Part shown: positions 28,001 through 40,000 of the stretch, piece after piece
Numbering within the stretch: the first letter of the stretch is position 1
Layout of the letters: the number at the start of each line of letters is the position of its first letter
Source: Haliotis cracherodii
Taxonomy: Eukaryota
NCBI RefSeq assembly: GCF_022045235.1
Contig: NW_027266271.1
Span: 30,752,001-30,816,000 of the forward strand
Direction: 5' to 3'
DNA: 64,000 bases
The notes under the pieces: model-generated
The model's input: only the letters and a program-made list of their open reading frames with translations
Told to the model about the DNA's origin: nothing
Database searches by the model: none
Program-made: the position numbers and the translations under genes

Positions 28001-31000
28001 TGTGGGTTTGAGTATTGTGAAGCTGCAAGGTTTGATGATGGTGACAGTTCTTCTAACCCAGCTGTGTCACCATACTTCCAACAGTGGTCCCAGCATGTGC
28101 CAACGTTGGTCCTCCTCCGGGCATGTGAAACAAGTTTTGTTGTCATGGAAACAATAAATCTTACTTTCATTGCCAGAGCTTATGAGAAGTAGTTTAGCTG
28201 TATATGTACATACAGGTTGATTGGAAGTGATTTTAGTTTAAAGGCACTTTGCTGTATTATTTCAGAATGAACTCAACTGTTATGTACATATACATTAATA
28301 GCATGGAACTTGTCAGTTGTAGACCCCCTTGATTAATGCTTGGATTTCGTGAAGGAAGTGTGTTTGCCTTAACCAGCTATTGGTGGTGAGATTTACCAAA
28401 ACCCATGGTCTAGATGTCCAGGGTCTTGCCACCTCCAAGTGTACCCTACCCTTGGTCTAGATATTCAGGGTCTTGCCACCTCCAAGTGTATCCTACCCTT
28501 GGTCTAGATATTCAGGGTCTTGCCACCTCCAAGTGTATCCTACCCTTGGTCTAGATAATCAGGATCTTGCCACCTCCAAGTGTACCCTACCCTTGGTCTA
28601 GATATTCAGGATCTTGCCACCTTCAAGTGTACCCTACCCTTGGTCTAGATAGGGTCCAGGGTCTACCTGGTGTCAAGGGTCCCCTCTCCTTCTGTCCATG
28701 GCTTCTTCCACCTCTGGTGTGGCTTGTCAACCTTCCAGGGTCTACCTGGTGTCTTCGTCAAGGGTCCCCTCTCCTTCTGTCCATGGCTCCTTCCACCTCT
28801 GGTGTGGCTTGTCAACCTTCCAGGGTCTACCTGGTGTCTTCGTCAAGGGTCCCCTCCCCTTCTGTCCATGGCTTCTTCCACCTCTGGTGTGGCTTGTCAA
28901 CCTTCCAGGGTCTACCTGGTGTCTCCGTCAATAGTCCCCTCTCCTTCTGTCCATGGCTCCTTCCACCTCTGGTGTGGCTTGTCAACCTTCCAGGGTCTAC
29001 CTGGTGTCTCCGTCAATAGTCCCCTCTCCTTCTGTCCATGGCTCCTTCCACCTCTGGTGTGGCTTGTCAACCTTCCAGGGTCTACCTGGTGTCTCCGTCA
29101 AGGGTCCCCTCTCCTTCTGTCCATGGCTCCTTCCACCTCTGGTGTGGCTTGTCAACCTTCCAGGGTCTACCTGGTGTCTCCGTCAAGGGTTCCCTCCCCT
29201 TCTGTCCATGGCTCCTCCACCTTCAATGTCCACAAGCTCTGGTGTTGGTTATCTCTACAGAAGATGTCATCCAATGAGAGTTTTCATAACTGATGCATCC
29301 TGGATATGTTACAACAATGTAATGTTTGGCTCGCTGACTTGGTTGATGCATGTCATCGATTCCAATTGTTTGGATTGATGCTCATGATGACAATCACCAC
29401 ATTTTGTGGTCCAGACTCAATTATTTACAGACATTTATAGCTGGAATAAAGCTGAGTGTGGTGTTAAACAACAAACAAAGAACCAAAACAAAACATTGCA
29501 TCATGTTGCCACTTAGTTTTTCTTGCATGATAACTAAATAATGATACAACTATAGAACTCTCCAACTTGTAGCCCATTCTTCTCATTTCACTGCTAATTA
29601 TTTCATGTTAATATTTCTAATCTTTGTTTCAGCTGTAAATTAATTTCTTTCAGAATGCCCTTCTGTTTACTACTAAGCATGTGTGTAGAGCAGAGGACTT
29701 GAACATAACATGAACTACAAATATTTCTTATTGTAAAATCTGTCACCCCTTCTAGCCTGTAGTGATTGTTTGTAGAATCGTTATAGAAATGGCTGATCTC
29801 ATTGTTAGGATCAGTATCACATGTTCAAGATAGCCTTGAGGAATACTCGTCATAATACGGCTGAAGTATTGCCGATGTGCCCTAAAGCATTAACTCACTC
29901 ACTTGAGGAATACTCGTCACGATACGGCTGAAATATTGCCGATGTGCCCTAAAGCATTAACTCACTCTCTTGAGGAATACTCGTCACGATACGGCTGACA
30001 TATTGCCGATGTGACCTAAAGCATTAACTCACTCACTTGAGGAATACTCGTCACGATACGGCTGACATATTGCCGATGTGCAAAGCATTAACTCACTCAC
30101 TTGAGGAAAACTGTATTCAGCATTAGCTTTTACAATGGAGACACCCGGTTCTCAAAGTTTTCAACTAGCTCCTGTATTACATGATTGGGATGAAAGTTGG
30201 GTGGGTGGGGAGCAGCACAATAGTTGCCGGCAGGGCGTGGTCAGGTACCTTTCAAGGTCGTTGTCCTCCAGTGTGAATTGATGCTCATTCTGTAGACTAT
30301 TGGTTTGTCTGGTCCTGACTAGAAAATGTTTGACCGGCGGGCTGTGGCTGTAATATTTCTGTCAACAGTCCGCCATGATGTAACAACAATCTTACAGACC
30401 ATAGGTGCTGTGACATATCTGCACTATTGCTGCCTACAGGCCACTATGGCACAGCTAAAGTATTTTAGACTTCAAAGTAGAAAAAATCCTTAGTTCTAAT
30501 CATTTGTATCAGTCAAATCAAACAGTTAATATGTATTAGTCATCTCACATTGAGTCTTTTTAATAGTTTTCATAGTTTTTAATGTGAAATCAAAGACGGA
30601 CATAATCTTCAATGTTCCTATGTGTTTGCAGCAATCACGGACATCAAGCCTATTATTGATGTCGGCCTAGCAACGACGGAAGGCTTGGCCATTGACTGGA
30701 TTGCAGGAAACATCTACTGGGTGGAGAGCAACCTAGACCAGATCGAGGTGGCACAGCTGGACGGCAGCAACCGCTCCACCTTGGTTGCAGGCAACATGAT
30801 CAGCCCTCGCGCCATCGTCCTCGACCCCAGAGACGGGTGAGGGATCTCTCTTTTAAAGCTTTGAAGAATTCTGTACCCTATGATGTCTCAGCCTTACCCT
30901 TGGCCGGCTGACGAATGTCTTGAACACTAGCTAACTGCACAGACGTCACCTGGCAAATGCAAATTTTCTCAAAGTATAAGTGTTAAAAGGTCAGACTAAT

Positions 31001-34000
31001 GTTTGGAAAGGGTGGCGAGTTTAGGATGGTGTTAACTGTGGTCCTTAACTTCTTTTTGGTAGTATAGAATCTTTGCACATTGCAGCAGTTGACTGGAGAC
31101 CAAGTCGATATACAGGGACCTAGTTAGATCCCACGTTCCGTGAGGTTGTGAACAGTCAAGATCAGCGACTTTATGATACATAGCAGGAATACACAGGGCT
31201 ACCTTAACTGTCGGACACTGTTATGAAGCAACTACTGCCATCTGGGAATATTATTACTGATTTGCAGGATTTTGCTTTTGCAACTAGGTCAACATTTTGT
31301 GCTGTGTTTGCAGACTGTTGTTTTGGACGGACTGGGATGGAACCAAGCCTCGTATTGAAAGCTGCTCGATGAGTGGGGAAAGCCGAAAGGTCGTGTACGA
31401 CATCACAAGGATCCAGGGTGGAGGGTGGCCCAATGGCCTCACCATCGACTATGAAGCCAGGCGACTCTACTGGGCCGATGCAAGGTCAGGAAGGGAGACC
31501 GCCATGTTTACACATACTACACAACTTTTGATAGGGATATTATGAGATGTTGTCATACAAATAGGCTATCAGGTATTGCAGTGGACCTCACAGCTTTTTT
31601 CAAGTTATGATAAATTAATACATATATTTCTGTAAATAAATTCTCAGATTTTAATCACGGCATGAAATATCTCAGTATCCCTATCAAACAGTGAGTAGTG
31701 TTAATGTGTGTACAGTGTTCCCTCGTTATTGCGCCCTTCAATATAGCGCTAACTCGGTTATAGCGCACGGTAAAGCATCGCTCCCAAAATTTACGAACAT
31801 TTTCAATAAACTCAACTCAAGTTTTACAATGATGCGATGTTTTTCCCCATCTCAGAAAATATTATCAGCTGATCACCGCGATCACGTAACACCGGAAATA
31901 CCAGTCAACAAATCCTAACTGAAGTACGCAATTCTATCCTATTATTATAATATCTGGTAATAAAAAAATGTTCATTGTTTATCTGGACTAATATTTGCAA
32001 TATTTTTTTAATCATATTCAAAATTTCATTTTTAAAGCACAGATTTATACTCGATCAATTCTTTTTTTACACTATCAGTCATAAATAAATTCTGAAACGT
32101 GCAACATAGATCGTGTTAGGTAGGCAGAGCATATATACTGTTTTGATGGTCATCTACCACCTACGACTCGACCTTCGTTAAACCGCTGATTATCTATAGT
32201 GCTCATCAATTATTTGGACCCTGAGGCTCGCGTTATAGCGAGGGATCACTGTATCACCTTTCCCTCAACCTTGAAACTTGTTCATGTCTGACAGTTGCAG
32301 AACTGGCTGTAGTTCAGTCATGTCTGACAGTTGCAGAACTGGCTGTAGTTCAGTCATGTCTGACAGTTGCAGAACTGGCTGTCGTTCAGTCATGTCTGAC
32401 AGTTGCAGAACTGGCTGTAGTTCAGTCATGACTTAGGCGTAGGGGATACCAGTACTTTGTAATTAGTTGTTCAGAGTTATATCCCTTACCTGCACCAGGA
32501 TCTGCTGGTCATTGGTTCAGCACCACCCTGATGATCCTTTGTCTGTGGGCACCATGACCAAGCCTATGGGTTTCACCAAGGTGGTGAATGTTTGCAGCCA
32601 GTGTCACTTCAGGCTTGGCCTTCACATTGACCTGACACGCCATGATATGTCTGAATACAGACCCGTAAGATCCGGGGAAGAATAGGTCTTCAGCCGTAAA
32701 AAGCGACTGTGCTTGTCATAAGAGGCGATTAACGGGATTGGGTGATAAGGCTCGCTGACTTGGTTGATGCATGTCATCGTATCCCAATTGTGTGGATCGA
32801 TGCTCACGAATATTTACAGACCGCCGTCATGTAGCTGGAATATTGCTGAGTGCGGCAGACAAACAGTTCAAAGCAGCATTATCCTGACTTGTAACTTGCT
32901 GTCAATCTTTCATGATTTAGCTTTTCCTGCAAAGTAAAGTGACTGATTATTGCCTGGTTCTTCTGCCAATGCCATGGAGTCGCTTGCAGTTTATTGATGG
33001 GGCCATTGTGCAAATGATTTTATGGAGTTAAAAATGTATTTCTCTTTAAACTAGATTACTAGTGGTAAATGTTTTCGAAGTATTTCATCAATTGTTTTTG
33101 TCAGGTGTGACTTCTTTTTTTTCTGGCCCAGATATGGTTTGAAGCAAATTAAAATCACTAAAGTATGTTTGTCCTCCCTCAGATCCGACTCTGTCCACAC
33201 CAGCACGTACGAGGGCCTGGACCACCATCTTGTTGTGCACAACCATGACGCTCTGGCACATCCATTTGCCCTCACCCTCTTCGAGCACTATGTGTACTGG
33301 ACAGACTGGAGAACCAACTCACTTGTCAGGGTGGGTGTCTCTGTCGGGGTTCGGGGAGGGATGGTTGCCACTGTCTGGGGGCGAGTGGGTGCCAGTGTAT
33401 GCGGTGGGGGAGGGTTGGATGCCATTGTCAGGGGTCGGGGAGGGGTGGTTGCCACTGTCTGGGGGGCGAGTGGGTGCCAGTGTATGCGGTGGGGGAGGGT
33501 TGGATGCCATTGTCAGGGGTCGGGGAGGGGTGGGTGCCACTGTCTGGGGGCGAGTGGGTGCCAGTGTATGCGGTGGGGGAGGGTTGGATGCCATTGTCGG
33601 GGGTCGGGGTATGGGTGGGTGCCACTGTCTGGGGGCGAGTGGGTGCCAGTGTATGCGGTGGGGGAGGGTTGGATGCCATTGTCGGGGGTCGGGGTATGGG
33701 TGGGTGCCACTGTTTGGGGGCGGGTGGGTGCCAGTGTATGCGGTGGGGGAGGGCTGGATGCCATTGTCGGGGGTCGGGGTATGGGTGGGTGCCACTGTCT
33801 GGGGGCGAGTGGGTGCCAGTGTATGGGGTGGGGGAGGGTTGGATGCCATTGTCGGGGGTCGGGGTATGGGTGGGTGCCACTGTTTGGGGGCGGGTGGGTG
33901 CCAGTGTATGCGGTGGGGGAGGGTTGGATGCCATTGTCGGGGGTCGGGGTATGGGTGGGTGCCACTGTCTGGGGGCGAGTGGGTGCCAGTGTATGGGGTG

Positions 34001-37000
34001 GGGGAGGGTTGGATGCCATTGTCGGGGGTCGGGGTATGGGTGGGTGCCACTGTTTGGGGGCGGGTGGGTGCCAGTGTATGCGGTGGGGGAGGGTTGGATG
34101 CCATTGTCGGGGGTCGGGGTATGGGTGGGTGCCAGGATCAGGGATCGGGGAAGGGTGGGTGCCACGTTTAGCGAAGGGGGAGAGCTGGATGCCACTGTCT
34201 GGGGTCAGGAGATGGATGGGGCCAGGATTAGGAGTCAGGTGATGGGTGAGTGCCAGGGTTAGGGATCAGGAAGGGGTGGGAGCCAGGGTTTGGGGTCAGG
34301 AGAGGGATGGGTGGGTCAGTGGCAGGCTTAGGGGTCGCGGGATGGATGATTGCAAGGCTTAGGGGTCACGCGATGGATGATTGCAAGGCTTAGGGGTCGG
34401 GGGATGGGTTTGGCCTGAGTTAGGGGTCAGGAGAGGGATGGGTCGGGGGATGGATGATTGCAAGGCTTAGGGGTCGGGGGATGGTTTTGGCCTGAGTTAG
34501 GGGTCAGGAGTGGGGTAGATGAATGTGGGGTCAGGGCTTAGTAGGCAGCTTTACATCTGGAAATGGGATGGGATTTGGGATTGCCTTGGGATAGAGGATG
34601 TGCACTGGGGAGGATGTTGGGGGTTAAGATACACAGGTGTATACAGCTTTGGAGGCAGGTGGCATTTGGGTTGTCATGACTGGGTTGCAGTTGTAACTGC
34701 AGTTTAATGTGATATGCTTTTATATTCAGGATACATTTCCTCTTTCTGTCTGTTCTGATGTAGGCCAACAAATTCAATGGTTCTGACGTCCTGACGATTC
34801 AGAGAACGTTTACCCAACCATTTGACCTGCAAGTCTTCCACCCTAAGAGACAGCCACCAGGTGAGTGTCTCACTCTCTCAGCTTATAAAACAAATCTATT
34901 CCCGTCATGCCACACTTTTCACATTAACACTTGAAGTGTTTTACCAGTTTTTTCTAACATATTAATTGCAGTACCTTGTTGATGTGCTTGTCACAGAATA
35001 CTTTTGTCTTCTTTACAGCATTGACCATGGCCAGAGACTAAATGAAATACATGTCATCAATTATTTAGTAAAAAAACAACCGATACTATTTTGTTGACTT
35101 TGATGGTTGTATCATTTGGTTTTTTTCGATGGTGTGATTTGGCTTTGATCAGTGGAAACATTAAATTAGGAAACCCCTTAAATGTCGCCTCAGTAGACAT
35201 CTAGTTTCTTGACAGCGTGTGCAGTAGTCAGAGATCATCTTCTGACACACTGACTGTTTCAGCCATCAACCCCTGTCGTGAGAACAACGGCGGCTGTTCC
35301 AACTTGTGCCTCATTGGCTTCAACCACACCGCCAACTGCAAGTGTCCCCACCGCATGAAGCTTGAGGCGAACAACAAGACATGTGTTGGTAGGTAGCCCC
35401 ATCACCGTCACGAAATCACCATTTGACATTTTCAAAATCTCAGCAAGGTCAAGGTCATGGTAGGTGACCAATTTTTTTTGGTAAAATGTAAGAAAAGCTG
35501 ACTGGGCAGATTTTTATGTAAGTTTCATGTCATTACACCTTGATGTATTGGTTTGTATGTGTAGGGACTGTTTCCTGGGATATCGTTGAGATATTGCAGC
35601 TCAATCCGTTCATCTTTCCTTACAGCTGACAACAAGTTCCTGTTGTTCGTGAAGGAGAATGAGATCCGTGGTGTTGACCTGAACAACGCCCACTACAACG
35701 TCATCCCCTCCATCACAGTACCCTTTGTGGAGAACGCCACCGCCATTGACTACGACAGCTCCGAGGACAAGCTGTACTGGACGGACAAGAAACGCAACGT
35801 CATCCGCAGTGCTTTCATCAATGGAACTGGAATTGAAACCATCATAGACTCGGGTAAGTCGTCACTCTGAACAAGACTCGGATAAGTCGTCACCCTGAAC
35901 AAGACTCGGGTAAGTCCTAGCAAAGGTTAAACAGACATCTTAAAATGGGTCAGGTAATGTTGAAGGTGGAGTTAACACTGTGGGTCCCACCTCTCTATTG
36001 CTGGTTGTGTGGGTGACTAAATTGGATCAGATGGCCAGGCAAGGTGACTTGACTGTGTTCACCAACAATATTAATGTGGAATGGTGCTCATGATATTAAT
36101 CACTGGTGCGTCTGGCCCAGATTTGATTATTTACAGTCCGCTTTGTTATGGCTAGGATATTGTTGGCTGTGGCATTAAACAGGCAACATGTGATTTGTTT
36201 GTTTAACACCACACTCAGCTATATTCCAGCTGCTAGCATATGACAGCTATCTGTAAATAATCCAAGTCGGGAGACAGACCAGACAATCCAGTGATTGATA
36301 TCATGAGCATTGATCACACAATTTGGATACTATGACATCCGCAAGCCAGCAAGCCTGACACTCAATCCAATTAGTCGCCTCGTTTGACAAGCATGGGTTT
36401 CTGAAGACAGACACGTGAAGGCTGATTTCCATAAGTGTCCATCCAGTGTCCAGTCTGGGTGTGAACTGTTTCACTGCTGTGCTTCATGATTCCGCCCATC
36501 ATCATCCCTGAATGACAAGAACCAGATTAATTAAATCTCAAGTATTAATAAGAAAGTCATGGAGTCATTTTGAGCCATGGATCTTCCTGCTACCCCTGCT
36601 GATTGGCTGAACCTTTACGCTTCGATCTGTTTCAGGAATATCCAACCCTGAGGGGTTTGCGATTGACTGGTTGTCCAAGAACATGTACTTTTCTTCCTAC
36701 AATGACCAGAAAGCTTCCATATCGGTGGCCAAACTGGACGGCGCCTACCGGATCGAGATTGTCAGCACTGTAGCAACAGCCAACGCCAACCTGCTGAGAC
36801 CCAACTCCATTGCTGTCCACCCCAAGAAAGGGTCAGTTACTATGGAGGCTTTGTCCTGGGTGGGGTGGTGGTATACCCTGTGTCACAGAAGTAGGGAGGT
36901 GGGGACCGGGCTGACATTACGGATTGGTAGGGGGGAGATGGTTTGTAGAGGTGGGGGTAGTGGGGAGGACATTACGGATTGGTAAATGCGGGTATGGCAT

Positions 37001-40000
37001 AACCTGAAAGGGTGAGGAATAATATCATGGATTGGTAGGGTTCAGGGACAGGAGACGACATGATGGGTAGGCGTCGGGATTGGTATGGAGGAGTCTACAT
37101 TACAGATTGGTATGGAGGGGTCTACATTACAGATTGGTATGGAGGGGTCTACATTACAGATTGGTATGGAGGGGTCTACATTACAGATTGGTATGGAGGG
37201 TCTACATTACAGATTGGTATGGAGGGGTCTACATTACAGATTGGTATGGAGGGGTCTACATTACAGATTGGTATGGAGGGGTCTACATTACAGATTGGTA
37301 TGGAGGGGTCTACATTACAGATTGGTATGGAGGGGTCTACATTACAGATTGGTATGGAGGGGTCTACATTACAGATTGGTATGGAGGGGTCTACATTACA
37401 GATTGGTATGGAGGGGTCTACATTACAGATTGGTATGGAGGGGTCTACATTACAGATTGGTATGGAGGGGTCTACATTACAGATTGGTATGGAGGGGTCT
37501 ACATTACAGATTGGTATGGAAGGGTCTACATTACAGATTGGTATTGTGACAGCAGCCTTGTGCTGCTGGTTCTGTAACAACTGTCACTGTTGCTGCTCCA
37601 GATTGTTGTTCTGGTCTGACCTGGGAGGGGACAAGCACCGCATCCTGAAGGCCAACATGGATGGAAGCAACGCTCAAGTCATCATCGAGGACGCCAAACA
37701 TCCGACAAGTGAGAAGCATTTAATTAAAATTAAAATTAAAATTACGCATTTATATAGCGCTACCTATCCAGACATACTGCCTGCTCAAGAGCGCTCAGTC
37801 GTATGCTCTTTTGAAGAGGATGGTCTTGAGTTTTGATCTCAAGGTGTTGACATCTTCAGATCCCCTCACATCAATGGGCAGTGCATTCCATAGAGTTGCC
37901 TCTTTTTTGGGGAAGGTTCTGTCGCCATATGTTGTTCTGCTGGTTGGTGGAACAGCAAGCTGTAGTTTGTTTGCAGATCTCAGTGTTCGGCCAGGTTGGT
38001 AAAGGGCAGTGAGTTCCTGGAGGAATACTGGGGATAGCCCATGGATCGATTTGTAGACAAACATGATCAGCTTGAACACTATCCTGAGTCTCACAGGTAG
38101 CCAGTGCAGCTCTTTCAGGACAGGTGTAATGTGTTCACGCATTGACTTCCGTGTGATGAGTCTGGCAGCAGTGTTTTGCACACGCTGTAGTCTATCCAGA
38201 TGCTGCTGCTGGATACCATACAGAAGACTATTACAATAGTCAAGTCTTGATGTTACAAATGCATGGACAAGGCACTTGACTGATGCTGTGTCTACATATC
38301 TTGCTATCTGTCTGATGTTCCTGATGTGAAAGTAAGCTGTCTTGCACACACTGCTTACATGGTTATCCAGACTGAGTGTTGAGTCAATGATCCCGCCTAG
38401 ATTTCGGGCACAAGAGTTTTGCTCAACCGTACAGCCTAAGTGCAATAATCTTGGACGCGACGTTGAACCTCATTTCACTACCTGGTAGTGTGTTTGTTTA
38501 TACATTGATAAATATTCTCTCAGGAATGTGCAGTGTGAGGTCCTCACAAACACTGATTGGTCAGTTGGCTTCAGTCTGATAGACAGTCTCCGCCTCGTCA
38601 GTGCTCATTAGTAACACTGTCATGGAAGGTCACTCATTGGGAGATGTGATATGAGTAGTGATAGTACTGGTGACATTCAGTCGTTGTTACTTAGACATCA
38701 AACTAAGATTAGTATTCCAAGAGGTAGAGATATATTGCTTAACGCTCCCCCCACTATTGCAGGTTTAATGCTCCCCAACTGTTGCAGGCTTAATGCTCCC
38801 CCCACTGTTGCAGGTTTAATGCTCCCCCCACTGTTGCAGGCTTAATGCTCCCCCCACTGTTGCAGGTTTAATGCTCCCCCCACTGTTGCAGGCTTAATGC
38901 TCCCCCCACTGTTGCAGGCTTAATGCTCCCCCCACTGTTGCAGGTTTAATGCTCCCCCCACTGTTGCAGGTTTAATGCTCCCCCCCCACTGTTGCAGGCT
39001 TAATGCTCCCCCCACTGTTGCAGGCTTCATGCTCCCCCCACTGTTGCAGGCTTAATGCTCCCCCCACTGTTGCAGGCTTAATGCTCCCCCCACTGTTGCA
39101 GGCTTAATGCTCCCCCCACTGTTGCAGGCTTAATACTCCCCCCCCCACTGTTGCAGGTTTAATGCTCCCCCCACTGTTGCAGGCTTAATGCTCCCCCCAC
39201 TGTTGCAGGTTTAATGCTCCCCCCACTGTTGCAGGTTTAATGCTCCCCCCACTGTTGCAGGCTTAATGCTCCCCCCACTGTTGCAGGCTTAATACTCCCC
39301 CCCCCCACTGTTGCAGGTTTAATGCTCCCCCCACTGTTGCAGGCTTAATGCTCCCCCCACTGTTGCAGGTTTAATGCTCCCCCCACTGTTGCAGGCTTAA
39401 TGCTCCCCCCACTGTTGCAGGTTTAATGCTCCCCCCACTGTTGCAGGCTTAATGCTCCCCCCACTGTTGCAGGCTTAATACTCCCCCCCCCCCCCACTGT
39501 TGCAGGCTTAATGTCCCCCCCCCCACTGTTGCAGGCTTAATGCTCCCCCCACTGTTGCAGGCTTAATGCTCCCCCCACTGTTGCAGGCTTAATGTCCCCC
39601 CCCCACTGTTGCAGGTTTAATGCTCCCCCCACTGTTGCAGGCTTAATGCTCCCCCCCACTGTTGCAGGCTTAATGCTCCCCCCACTGTTGCAGGCTTAAT
39701 GCTCCCCCCACTGTTGCAGGTTTAATGCTCCCCCCACTGTTGCAGGTTTAATGCTCCCCCCACTGTTGCAGGTTTAATGCTCCCCCCCACTGTTGCAGGC
39801 TTAATACTCCCCCCACTGTTGCAGGCTTAATGCTCCCCCCACTGTTGCAGGCTTTATGCTCCCCCCACTGTTGCAGGCTTAATGCTCCCCCCACTGTTGC
39901 AGGTTTAATGCTCCCCCCACTGTTGCAGGCTTAATGCTCCCCCCACTGTTGCAGGTTTAATGCTCCCCCCACTGTTGCAGGCTTAATGCTCCCCCCCACT

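Noticed and set aside
28567-29378. Overlapping repetitive ORFs (also 2867-3564)
   Set aside because: The unit length is not a multiple of 3 and the same peptides cycle through frames, so these are repeat artefacts.
33230-34262. Multiple long Gly/Trp/Cys- or Pro-rich ORFs on both strands
   Set aside because: Stop-poor 85-nt repeat; only 33183-33330 is LRP1-like coding sequence.
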